Source: a virus
Taxonomy: Duplodnaviria; Caudoviricetes
Reading direction: 5' to 3' (one strand)
DNA: 50,793 nucleotides
Virus record (IMG/VR): IMGVR_UViG_3300036444_000012
Location: 1-50,793 of that record
Below, piece after piece: positions 1 to 8,537 of the stretch. The stretch's first letter is position 1. Every line of letters begins with the position of its first letter. The position numbers were made by a program, and so were the translations under genes. The notes under the pieces were generated by a model that searched no databases, was not told the DNA's origin, and saw only the letters and a list, made by a program, of their open reading frames with translations.

Positions 1-840
1 CTATTTGGGTAAATTGATGATGCTGTCGGGATCCTTGCCGTCCATGATAATCAACTCGCGAACTGGTTTGGGCGCACCACCCGAAATCGAGTAATTGACC
101 GGCACTTCCACCGTTCGAAAGCCGGCAAAGATATCTCGGATAGGCCGGCAATCGTTGATAGACAGGATGAAGCGGCCAGCCAGAGAGCTCAACCTGCCTG
201 CGATCTTCGAAAAATCGTCGCGACCGAAGACGTTGCTGCCGTAGTCTCCTTCACTGCCGTAATAGGGAGGATCGAGATAGAACAGCATTCCCGGCCGGTC
301 GTACCGATCGATGAACGCCGACCAATCCAAGCACTCAATCACGACACCGGCGAGCCGTTCATGCACCTCCTCGAGCACCGAGCCGAGCAAATTGAGATTG
401 AACCGCGCACCTCCGTGCGTATCAACGCCGAAGTTGCGCCCCACGACCTTGCCCCCAAACGCGAGACGCTGGAGGTAGAGAAATCGGGCGGACCGCTCCA
501 GGTCTGTGAGCGTGTTAGGATCGCAGGAAACCAACCGCTCGAACTCTCGGCGCGAAGTGACTTGAAATTTCAGCGTTTCCATAAATTGCGGATAGTGCCG
601 CTGAAGTATTCTGAACAGGGTTGCAACATCACCAGATCGGTCGTTGATAACCTCCATCCTGGGCGCCAACCGACGGCGAAAGAACACACCGCCCATACCG
701 ATAAACACTTCGGCGTAGCCCGAATGCGGCACCTGTTCGATCAATGCTGCTAGACGTTGGGCCAGCTGCTTTTTACCACCAATGTAGCCTGCCGGTGGCG
801 CGACTGGCCTAACGGTTTGAAAGGAGAATTCCTCCTGCAT
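1..840 (-). CDS. dam: DNA adenine methyltransferase, D12/Dam class
   Basis: GYIGGK, EVFIGMGGVFF (motif I), IND, YLDPPY (motif IV). Confidence 0.95.
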   Translation of the reverse strand: MQEEFSFQTVRPVAPPAGYIGGKKQLAQRLAALIEQVPHSGYAEVFIGMGGVFFRRRLAPRMEVINDRSGDVATLFRILQRHYPQFMETLKFQVTSRREFERLVSCDPNTLTDLERSARFLYLQRLAFGGKVVGRNFGVDTHGGARFNLNLLGSVLEEVHERLAGVVIECLDWSAFIDRYDRPGMLFYLDPPYYGSEGDYGSNVFGRDDFSKIAGRLSSLAGRFILSINDCRPIRDIFAGFRTVEVPVNYSISGGAPKPVRELIIMDGKDPDSIINLPK

Positions 841-844
841 GCTT

Positions 845-873
845 TTGACTCTTTCGAGAATTCTGCCAGTGTC
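845..873 (+). promoter_or_regulatory. Possible sigma70-type promoter pointing away from dam
   Basis: TTGACT at 845-850; -10 region degenerate; directly upstream of a hairpin cluster. Confidence 0.3.
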
Positions 874-992
874 CGCGAGCCTGCAAAGGCGGCGGGTACG
901 GCGTCTATCTCAGTGGAACGCTGATCGGGCTTTCGTGAAAGCTGGCCCGATTTTCGCAGGGCGGCAACCCTGCGACTGCCCGTCGAAGGCAG
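873..992 (+). ncRNA. Candidate structured RNA (five consecutive hairpins)
   Basis: GCCT-GCAA-AGGC (879-890) within CCGC/GCGG; CGGCGT/ACGCTG (899-923); ATCGGGC/GCCCGAT (924-951); TCGCAGGG/CCCTGCGA (954-975); CTGCC/GGCAG (976-992). GNRA loop and G-U pairs favour the + strand. Confidence 0.45.
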
Positions 993-1024
993 AACAAAAA
1001 CCCGCCCGAGCGAACCGAGGCGAG
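993..1024 (-). terminator. Intrinsic terminator ending the lysis operon
   Basis: Minus strand CTCGCC...GGCGGG followed by TTTTTGTT, just after the stop at 1030. Confidence 0.7.
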
Positions 1025-1029
1025 CAATT

Positions 1030-1587
1030 TCATTCAGGCCTGAAGAGGCAAACAAGCGCGCCGCTGCGGCCGCGAAGCCGCTCCAATCCAATAGAAGCAG
1101 TTGCTCCCAATTGAGATGACTTTTCCAACGACGGGAGAACGGTGAAGCGTGCTTCCGGGCTGTGGACCACAATCGGCCAGCCCAGTTCATGGATGATGTT
1201 ACAGGCGTACGCGATCTTAATGTAATAGGCAGCCGGCCCTGCCGGCACGCCATCCGGCACCGTTATGAGCCGGTCAAATACGTTGAAACCCTCGCGCGGA
1301 TTTGGAGCGACAGTATAGTTCGCGACGGCATGGTCGACACCGAATCTGTCGCGAATGTAGCGGTAGATGCTGACCACTCGACAGGTGCGCTTTCGGTCAA
1401 TTGTAAACTCGATGGTTTCCTGCTCTCCGGCTCGGACGGCGGGCTCAACGGCGCGCGACTGGATGTATGTCACCGGAGATTCCCTGTCGATCGCCGAACT
1501 GAACAACCACCACAGCACAACGGCGAATGGCGCAGCAATCAGTGCCGAAATCCAGTCGAATTCGGCGACACGAGTGGTGATCTTCAT
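1030..1587 (-). CDS. Membrane-anchored lysis-module protein (N-terminal TM, beta-rich periplasmic domain)
   Basis: ATG 1587 overlaps upstream stop (ATGA); WISALIAAPFAVVLWWLF hydrophobic segment. Confidence 0.7.
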   Translation of the reverse strand: MKITTRVAEFDWISALIAAPFAVVLWWLFSSAIDRESPVTYIQSRAVEPAVRAGEQETIEFTIDRKRTCRVVSIYRYIRDRFGVDHAVANYTVAPNPREGFNVFDRLITVPDGVPAGPAAYYIKIAYACNIIHELGWPIVVHSPEARFTVLPSLEKSSQLGATASIGLERLRGRSGALVCLFRPE

Positions 1588-1916
1588 TTCACGACCTTCC
1601 CTAGGTAAGGTTGGATGAAGCCCCAGATTTGGTTGAGTGCGATGAGCAGCCCTGAGAGATAGAGGATAAATCGGGGCACGGTCTTGATGGCTTTGTTGAA
1701 AACGACCGATCGCGTGATGATGCGGAAACCGGCTTGCCACTTGTCCTCTGGTAGACCGAGGAGTTGCTTGAGCCGTTTCATCTCGATGTCGGTCATGTTG
1801 CCGACAGCGATTAGGTTTTCCCGCTCTTCCTCATTGAGGCGGGCTATCCATTCGATCGTCCGTTTGTCCACATCCCACCACCGCCGCGGCAGTTCAGAAG
1901 GATCTATCGCAGCCAT
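1584..1916 (-). CDS. Lysis-module protein with C-terminal TM helix (holin/antiholin-like)
   Basis: ATG 1916 after G-rich RBS; FILYLSGLLIALNQIWGFI. Confidence 0.65.
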   Translation of the reverse strand: MAAIDPSELPRRWWDVDKRTIEWIARLNEEERENLIAVGNMTDIEMKRLKQLLGLPEDKWQAGFRIITRSVVFNKAIKTVPRFILYLSGLLIALNQIWGFIQPYLGKVVK

Positions 1917-1989
1917 GTGGCCCCCCGCCCTGTTTATAGCCCTGAGATTATCCCGACCGGCGAATGCCGGCCGGGCGCGGTTGCCGAGA

Positions 1990-2166
1990 TCAGTTCGTGT
2001 TCTTCGGCGCCAAGAAGGTGACAAGTGCCGGCAACGCTGCGGTGACAACCGCCATCAGCACATAGGCGTACCAAGGCGAACCGTCCGGAAGGACAACCGC
2101 CCCCGTACCGCCACCTGCAACCGCTCCGCCGACGCCGGCGGCAATAGCTTTAGAAATCTGACCCAT
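1990..2166 (-). CDS. Putative holin (58 aa, hydrophobic)
   Basis: MGQISKAIAAGVGG...YVLMAVVTAALPALVTFLAPKN; RBS AAGGAAAAGG; position in lysis cassette. Confidence 0.7.
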   Translation of the reverse strand: MGQISKAIAAGVGGAVAGGGTGAVVLPDGSPWYAYVLMAVVTAALPALVTFLAPKNTN

Positions 2167-2212
2167 GAGACCTTTTCCTTTCCGGGGTTTTGAGTTGGGA
2201 ACCAGCCGCCGT

Positions 2213-2524
2213 TCAGCCGCCGGCCTCGCGCAAGGCGATGGTGATGGTCGCGTAAGCGGCAGCCGCGGCGACAAGGATCGTGGAAGTCGTCTGGCCTGAT
2301 GGATTGGCGCAAATCGGTTGCAGCGCTGACCAGGCTGCGCTTTCCTTGCGGACAGTTTTTTCCGAGATGGTGCCCGCAGCCGACGCAGCGATGAACGCCA
2401 CATGGGCAGTGGTCGCGGCCGAACACACCTGCGGCAGGTTCTTCTGAATGGCAGAGTCGATTGAAGTCGTCTGGCAACCGGCGAGCGCAAGCATCGCCGC
2501 CGCCACAAAAAGCAGCACGCGCAT
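2213..2524 (-). CDS. Lipoprotein, possible spanin
   Basis: Signal peptide with lipobox LAGC; hydrophobic C-terminus ILVAAAAAYATITIAL. Confidence 0.75.
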   Translation of the reverse strand: MRVLLFVAAAMLALAGCQTTSIDSAIQKNLPQVCSAATTAHVAFIAASAAGTISEKTVRKESAAWSALQPICANPSGQTTSTILVAAAAAYATITIALREAGG

Positions 2525-2589
2525 GTGAAAGTGTCCTTCGATGTTTGAGGGGTGCCCGGCTCCCCCGGCCGGGCTCGGGTTATAGGGCG

Positions 2590-2850
2590 TCAGGAAGCCT
2601 TGGCGGCCTTTTCGAATGTCAGTTCATAGACCTCGCCGATCTCGAACTGTTCGATAGCGGAGGGATTGGTGATGGTGATCGAGAGATCGCCGGAAGGCGT
2701 GTACTTCGACCAGTCGCCATTGCCCTCAGGCAAGCCTTTCAGATAGGAGCCAAACGCAGCACCCATCTTCACCTCCACATTTACGGACGATGCATCGCCA
2801 GTGGTGCGGTGGTTGATTTCCTTGACGTAGAACATTGCTCGGACCGTCAT
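2590..2850 (-). CDS. Small beta-rich phage protein of unknown function
   Basis: RBS AAGGAGAAG; phage-like codon usage; WSKYTPSG motif. Confidence 0.8.
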   Translation of the reverse strand: MTVRAMFYVKEINHRTTGDASSVNVEVKMGAAFGSYLKGLPEGNGDWSKYTPSGDLSITITNPSAIEQFEIGEVYELTFEKAAKAS

Positions 2851-2901
2851 CGGTCTTCTCCTTTGTTGAAACCGGCAAAACCCGGCCGGCCCGGGATCCT
2901 T

Positions 2902-3627
2902 TCAGGAGAGCAACTCCTTCGTGGCCGTGCGGAACGCGTCGCCGCAGGCAGTGGCGCCGTGCACGGTGGGATCGAAGGCGAGACGTGTTATGTCCCACTT
3001 GCCACGCTGCTTGATGCCAAGAGTGCCTTGCACCTCGGCGTGGGAAAGCACCGTCTTTGTGGTGACGGCGATGCCATATCGCCTGCACAGTTCCGCCAAG
3101 ACCTTGGGCAGGGTCTCCCACTGAGCTCGCTTCATCGGCGCGCTACCGGCCGCGAAGGGGCTTTCGATCGCGCCGGCCATGCAACAGAGCGAAACGCCGA
3201 TCGACCCACTGTTGCAGCCAAGCGTGTGGGCGGCATAACCCTTGCGAACCGGCGCTTGGTTCAAGTCGATCGAGGGCGTCCCTCGCACAAGCCTGCCGTC
3301 ATCCTCGATCAGAATATGATAGTGCGACCGATCAAGTCCGGATGCCTTATGCGCACCGGCCGTCCAATGGACGATGATGCGCTGCATCTTCGCGGCAGGC
3401 ATCCAATCTGCTGGCACTAGACCTCCAGTCGGACCAGGAGCCACCACAACAGCACCGAACAGCGCTGCCGACGTCTTCGGCCCAACTATGCCATCGGTCG
3501 TCAGGTTGCGTGCCCTTTGAAACTGCTTCACAGCTTCCGTTGTGCGGTCACCGAAGATGCCGTCGAGTGCGCCTGGCTGATAGCCAAGCGCCACCAGTCG
3601 GCGCTGAATATCCAGCGTCGTTGCCAT
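2902..3627 (-). CDS. Endolysin: peptidoglycan-binding domain plus N-acetylmuramoyl-L-alanine amidase
   Basis: DGIFGDRT..AVKQFQ...DGIVGPKT; IIVHWTAG, HYH, AHT..CNS.SIG, LSHAEV. Confidence 0.92.
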   Translation of the reverse strand: MATTLDIQRRLVALGYQPGALDGIFGDRTTEAVKQFQRARNLTTDGIVGPKTSAALFGAVVVAPGPTGGLVPADWMPAAKMQRIIVHWTAGAHKASGLDRSHYHILIEDDGRLVRGTPSIDLNQAPVRKGYAAHTLGCNSGSIGVSLCCMAGAIESPFAAGSAPMKRAQWETLPKVLAELCRRYGIAVTTKTVLSHAEVQGTLGIKQRGKWDITRLAFDPTVHGATACGDAFRTATKELLS

Positions 3628-3651
3628 GTCTTTGCCTTTGCGTTGTGGGTG

Positions 3652-4797
3652 TTACTGGCGCCCGATTCCGTAGCCGGGGGTCGGCGCCGGGATCGACGGC
3701 ACCGGGGGAGCCGATGGCGGCTTTATCGCGGTGTCTAAACCGGACGCACCTGCGGCATTGGACGAACTGGAAGAGCTACCGGTATCGGCGTTCTTCTTGG
3801 CCGATTTCACCGGCTTCAGTTTTGCCTCGATCTCCGTGACGTAGCCGGCTTTTGAAAGGCGGTGCGTCGCCGTTTCGATGATGAATTCGAGTTCGTCGAC
3901 ACCAGGCCGGACGTTGTCGTAGCGGAATGGAGCTCCGGCCCTGATGCTGGGATCGCCAAAGACCATGACGCTGGTGCGGATCGTTTCCGCCTTCAAGTGT
4001 TTCGCCTTCGACTTGGCCGCCTTCTTGGCCTCGCCTTCATCTGCGAACGGTTCGGGAAGAGTGTAATCTGCAGTCCCTTCGTCATCGCTCTCGACCTCGA
4101 ACTCGACGAGTTTCGCCTTGTTCCGGTCCTGGATGCGGCCCTTCACTTTCTTGAACTTGTTCCGGTGCGCGAAGTTCACCCTGCAGGTACCCTCCACAAT
4201 GTTGGCGCGAGACGCGACAACAGCTGTCAAGTCTTTGCCCGATGCAGACTTGCCGCTGCCTTTGGCTGCAAAGATCAGCTTGCCATCCTTGATGGAGAAC
4301 AGCGCATCGTGCCGTCGCGCCAAGCGTTCGACGACATGAAGGTCGCTCTCGTCCTGCTGGCCGAACCATTCGTATTTGTGCGAACCCACCTCATCATCGA
4401 TCATGGGAGACAGGCCGTTCTCGCCGGCAATCTGCGTGACGATCTCCTTGACCGTCTTTTTGTCCCAATGCCTTGATCGATGCTGCTTCGCCTTGTCGCG
4501 AACGTTGGCGCCCTTGCCATTGATGGTCATCGCGTAAGGCAGGCACCGGACTTCCGGATCGTCGATCGTATAGGTGCCGAAATCGGCCATGCCGGTTTCA
4601 AGATAGCCGAGGGATACCGAGAGCTTGTCGCCCTTCTTCGGGATATCTGCGAAGGGATTGCTGTCGTTCAACTCACACGAGATCGTGTCCGAGGTTACCC
4701 CCTCCTTGTCGACTATCGTTACAGAGATCAGCCGCTCGTTGAAGATAGACGCAACGGCTTTCCCATTGACTTTTATTTCAGCGCGGGGCGTTTTCAC
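3652..4797 (-). CDS. Tail/baseplate hub protein, P2 gpD (late control D) family
   Basis: GTG 4797 with GGAG RBS; QQDESDLH..ERLARRHDA motif; follows gpU and gpX. Confidence 0.88.
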   Translation of the reverse strand: MKTPRAEIKVNGKAVASIFNERLISVTIVDKEGVTSDTISCELNDSNPFADIPKKGDKLSVSLGYLETGMADFGTYTIDDPEVRCLPYAMTINGKGANVRDKAKQHRSRHWDKKTVKEIVTQIAGENGLSPMIDDEVGSHKYEWFGQQDESDLHVVERLARRHDALFSIKDGKLIFAAKGSGKSASGKDLTAVVASRANIVEGTCRVNFAHRNKFKKVKGRIQDRNKAKLVEFEVESDDEGTADYTLPEPFADEGEAKKAAKSKAKHLKAETIRTSVMVFGDPSIRAGAPFRYDNVRPGVDELEFIIETATHRLSKAGYVTEIEAKLKPVKSAKKNADTGSSSSSSNAAGASGLDTAIKPPSAPPVPSIPAPTPGYGIGRQ

Positions 4798-4826
4798 GTT
4801 GAACTCCGGCAACAGGAGGTGGAGGA

Positions 4827-5150
4827 ATGGTAACCAGGTCGACAGAAGAACAAGGCGTGTCACTTCGTACCGACAACATCGAAGGCGACAGAATCGTGCC
4901 CGCGACTGACTGGATTACGTGGGCCGTTGCTATACTTGGGCTGTTTTTCGGCCGAACTACGGACACTGCCGGTATTGTATGGCTCGTAGCCGGCATCGGT
5001 TCGCTAATACTGGCGCTGCTATTCACCTTCTTTTTCAAGAAGGTACAGGTTCTGAAGCACGGAAAGTGGGAAACCCTGAAATCGCTGGCGTCACCATCGC
5101 AAGCAGCGGAAATTGTAAGCCGCCTGCGAACCGCTAGTCCCAAAGACTGA
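4827..5150 (+). CDS. Two-TM membrane protein inserted antisense in the tail operon (moron)
   Basis: Strong RBS AGGAGGTGGAGGA; two hydrophobic helices; fills the gap between gpX and gpD. Confidence 0.8.
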   Translation: MVTRSTEEQGVSLRTDNIEGDRIVPATDWITWAVAILGLFFGRTTDTAGIVWLVAGIGSLILALLFTFFFKKVQVLKHGKWETLKSLASPSQAAEIVSRLRTASPKD

Positions 5151-5346
5151 CCACCGGAACCACCTCGGATGCCGCCACGAGATCCGGCAATTTAATTACG
5201 GTACCGACCGGCAGCGGCACGGGCAGCGCCGCCAGCCTCGGATTGGCCTCCAACACCGCCTCTACATACCCGCTTTCGTCCCCATAAACACGACGGCAGA
5301 TTCCGTCGATCATTTCGCCCTGAAGTGTTCGATAGGTCCTTGCCAT
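5134..5346 (-). CDS. Tail protein X (P2 gpX family)
   Basis: YRTLQGEMIDGIC.R.YG...VEAVLEANP.LA...VSLWD. Confidence 0.93.
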   Translation of the reverse strand: MARTYRTLQGEMIDGICRRVYGDESGYVEAVLEANPRLAALPVPLPVGTVIKLPDLVAASEVVPVVSLWD

Positions 5347-5352
5347 CGTATG

Positions 5353-5778
5353 TCACCCAAATAGGCTTTGAACGATCGAAACTGGCGAGAAACCGCCCCC
5401 GGCGTAACGCTTCAGCCTCAGCCGAAACAAGTCCATGCGCGGCCGTCCAAGGGCATCATGGAAGGACTGGTCCTCCGAAACCCCTTCGACCACGTGCAAT
5501 CCATAGACGTTGCCGGACAGCGTGATCAGCGGAAGCACCATGCCGGATTGCGCCGCGCCGCGAACGCCTTCTAGTACGGCCAGGCCGCCAAATTCGTGCG
5601 GGAACATGACCCCCTCGATGTCGGTCACGTCACTATCGCCGCCCGTCCACTGCAGACGATTGAGACCGCCAACAGTCTCGATATCCGCCCACTTGGTGGA
5701 AAGATCGCGACGTAGGCCTCGATAGCCGAAACGCAAGCTGTGGAACATGAACGGCCCGAGGGCCATTGGCACTGCCAT
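5353..5778 (-). CDS. Tail protein, P2 gpU family
   Basis: MALGPFMF...LQWTG; follows tape measure. Confidence 0.9.
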   Translation of the reverse strand: MAVPMALGPFMFHSLRFGYRGLRRDLSTKWADIETVGGLNRLQWTGGDSDVTDIEGVMFPHEFGGLAVLEGVRGAAQSGMVLPLITLSGNVYGLHVVEGVSEDQSFHDALGRPRMDLFRLRLKRYAGGGFSPVSIVQSLFG

Positions 5779-8129
5779 CAGTTCGCTCCATCCGAATAGG
5801 CGCCACGCGACAATGCACTGAGTTTGGCCGAGATCGCGGATACTGCCGCGGCTGCGATCGCCTGCGGATCGTTCGACTGCGCATGGACGGTCACGTTGAT
5901 GTTCGGCGCTGGTTGCGGGTTGGTAACACGAACATCCTGCGTTCCACTCGGCTGCGTGGTAACCGGCGCGGGTATCGAGACTTCCGGCACGCCGATCACG
6001 TTCACCTCAGCTGGTCCACCACCCTTGCCACCGACCGGCGACATGAGATCGCGGAACATCTGACCGAATGAAAACGGTACTGCCTGGCTTGGTGCCGGCG
6101 CCGGCGCGGATTGCCTGCCCGCCGACCTGTCCTCAGCCGCACGGTAGGCCCACGGCGCGAACGATGGATCAGCAAAGCGCGGGTCGGATGGTCCCTTGGC
6201 TATCAGCGCCCGCATCGTGGTTTCGGCCGCAAAAGCCGGGAGGCCGAGGGTTCGGCCGGCAAGCCTGCCGACACCCCCCAAAAAACCGCCGGATCGGGCG
6301 AACAGGCGGCCGAGTAAGCCGCCGCCCCCCGCGCCGACCGTCGCCGCCCCGCCGACGGCGGTAGGAGCTAGCTGACCAAGCTGCCGGAACCATCCGACCA
6401 CCTTTGCCGCCCGGCCGGCGACGATGAGCAGGCCAGCGCCGATACCAGCCCATTCAAGCGCCGACAATCCCTTCAGGTTCTCGACGAATTCGCCTAGGCT
6501 GTGCGCATCCTTGACGGCGTCGATCAAGGTGGCGACAGCCATAGCCATCATGAAAATCTGCCCAGTCTTCGAAAAGGCCAGCGCCGCAGCACCCTGACCA
6601 AGCGCCAAGAGGGCACGTCCGGTGAGGGCGATCGCAACCGCGCCCCCAACAGACAATCCTCCGCCGAGCTTGTTGATGGCGCTGCCTAGATTGCTGACGG
6701 AAGCCACGATATTGCCGCCAAGCACGTTGTCGGAAAACGACTTCAGATCCTGGCCGATGCCACGGAAGCGGTTTGACAATCTGGCGAGCCCAACCACACG
6801 ATCATCGGCTTCTTTCAGATCGCCGCCAAACGCCTTGCCAAAGATCAGGTCACCAATGTCATTGACAGCTTCACGTACACCGCCAGTGCCGCCATAGCCG
6901 ATGCCACCCATGAACCCCTGGAAAGCGGACTTGACCTGGTCGAATACGCCGACGCGCTTGTCGAGCGTATCGAGCACGTCGCCGATGCCAAGCCCGAGTT
7001 CCTTGATGGTCGGCAGCCAGCTATCCCCAATGCCGATTCCGACCGCCCTGACCTTGTTGCCAATCAGCTGCAACGCGTTGGATGTCGTTTGCGCACGAAC
7101 GAGATATTCGTTGAACGCCGAACCGGAGTAGTTCGCCTCGCTGCCTACCATCTGCAATTCGCGCCGCAATTCACGCGTGTCGGCAATGATCGGCATCAAG
7201 GCGCGCGCTTCATCGCCAAACAGGGCGGAGGCGATGCTGATCTGCTGTTCCTTCGGAAGCTTCTGGATACGCTCGATCACATCCAACGTGGTATTGAGCG
7301 CATTCTTCTGCATGTTCTTCGACACCTTCACCGCATCGAGGCCAAGCCTGCCATAGGCCACACGCTGCTGCTTTGTCGCCTGGGCGCCCTTGGTCAGCGC
7401 GCGGCCCATGTTGCGGAAGGATGTTGCCGCGACCTCGCTCTCTGCACCCGCGGAGATCATGGAGGCGCCAAAAGCGAGCGTTTCGGTGTCCGCGAAGCCG
7501 AACATCTTGCCGGTTGCCGCAACACGTTTGTCGAAGTCGACAAGATCTGCTGCGGCCGAAGCCGTGTTGTTCGACAGATGATTGATGGCATCGGCATGCA
7601 AGCCGAGCTGCGAGACGTTCATCTGCAGCTGCGTTTTGATCTTCGCCAATGCGTCGCCGGTTTCACCCTGCGACAAATCCCAGGCGACGGATACCTTTGC
7701 CGCCATTTCCGAGAATTTGCCGAGTTCCTGCAATGCGACGCCGGATTGGCCCGCCGCTGCATAGATGTCTGCGATCCCCTCGGCTGTCACCGGCAGCCGC
7801 TTCGAAAGGTCGATGATTTCGGCGCGCACGGCCGAAAGCTGTGCAGGCGTGCCGTCAACAACCTTGCGCACATCGGCGAACTTCTCCTCGAACTTGATCG
7901 CTGCGCCAACCGTGCCGCCGATCGCCTTCTCCATGCCATAGTAGCTGGCGCCAACCGCCAATGCGCCACGGACGAAGCCGCCCCCAAACGCGCCCGCGCG
8001 GCCGACAAGCGCGCCGGATGTCCGCTCACCCTGCCCCCGAAGGCGCGCCAATGCCGCGCCGATGCCCCTGGCGGGACCGGACACGCGATCGGTCAGGGCA
8101 ACGATTAGACGAGAGGTAAGGGTCGCCAT
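5778..8129 (-). CDS. Tail tape measure protein
   Basis: AIKFEEKFADVRKVV; Ala/Gly-rich helical sequence; ATG 8129. Confidence 0.95.
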   Translation of the reverse strand: MATLTSRLIVALTDRVSGPARGIGAALARLRGQGERTSGALVGRAGAFGGGFVRGALAVGASYYGMEKAIGGTVGAAIKFEEKFADVRKVVDGTPAQLSAVRAEIIDLSKRLPVTAEGIADIYAAAGQSGVALQELGKFSEMAAKVSVAWDLSQGETGDALAKIKTQLQMNVSQLGLHADAINHLSNNTASAAADLVDFDKRVAATGKMFGFADTETLAFGASMISAGAESEVAATSFRNMGRALTKGAQATKQQRVAYGRLGLDAVKVSKNMQKNALNTTLDVIERIQKLPKEQQISIASALFGDEARALMPIIADTRELRRELQMVGSEANYSGSAFNEYLVRAQTTSNALQLIGNKVRAVGIGIGDSWLPTIKELGLGIGDVLDTLDKRVGVFDQVKSAFQGFMGGIGYGGTGGVREAVNDIGDLIFGKAFGGDLKEADDRVVGLARLSNRFRGIGQDLKSFSDNVLGGNIVASVSNLGSAINKLGGGLSVGGAVAIALTGRALLALGQGAAALAFSKTGQIFMMAMAVATLIDAVKDAHSLGEFVENLKGLSALEWAGIGAGLLIVAGRAAKVVGWFRQLGQLAPTAVGGAATVGAGGGGLLGRLFARSGGFLGGVGRLAGRTLGLPAFAAETTMRALIAKGPSDPRFADPSFAPWAYRAAEDRSAGRQSAPAPAPSQAVPFSFGQMFRDLMSPVGGKGGGPAEVNVIGVPEVSIPAPVTTQPSGTQDVRVTNPQPAPNINVTVHAQSNDPQAIAAAAVSAISAKLSALSRGAYSDGAN

Positions 8130-8130
8130 G

Positions 8131-8525
8131 TCATGGCCTCTGCGGCTTGATGATATCATCAACGGCATCGCGCCAGCGGATAGCTTCCGCTGACGTCAAT
8201 GACGTGATTTCGGATAGAGGGCTATTTAGCTCCCGGCATAGCCAGGCAGTCAGTCGCCGCCACCCTGCTCGGCGACCATCATGAAAGGGCGCAGCGCGCG
8301 ATCGCACGCCGCGTAGTCTGCCAGCGAGAACTCGGCGATTTCCGGCTGTGTCGCACCGGAAAGCTGAGCCATCATGACGGCGGTCATGCCGTGCGAGCCG
8401 CCGTCCTTCACCACATTCTCGACGACGATCAGATCACCGAGCTTCGGCTCGCGGAAACTGATCGTGTCGCCCGATTTGCCGGCCAGCGTGTAGGGCTTGG
8501 AAAGTTTGACTTCGATACTCGACAT
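8131..8525 (-). CDS. Tail assembly chaperone, -1 frameshifted long form (gpE+E'-like)
   Basis: Slippery C CCT TTC at 8289-8283; the -1 frame reads WRRLTAWLCRELNSPLSEITSLTSAEAIRWRDAV to TGA at 8131. Confidence 0.8.
8250..8525 (-). CDS. Tail assembly chaperone (gpE/gp41-like)
   Basis: VKLSKPY...ISFREPKLGDL; between tube and tape measure. Confidence 0.9.
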   Translation of the reverse strand: MSSIEVKLSKPYTLAGKSGDTISFREPKLGDLIVVENVVKDGGSHGMTAVMMAQLSGATQPEIAEFSLADYAACDRALRPFMMVAEQGGGD

Positions 8526-8537
8526 GAGATCGCTCCC

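Noticed and set aside
750-1253. Minus-strand ORF upstream of dam as a Com-like zinc-finger regulator
   Set aside because: No paired CxxC motifs; it crosses a terminator and overlaps two better genes
7089-8108. 339-aa + strand ORF
   Set aside because: Antisense shadow of the tape measure gene; no recognisable motifs
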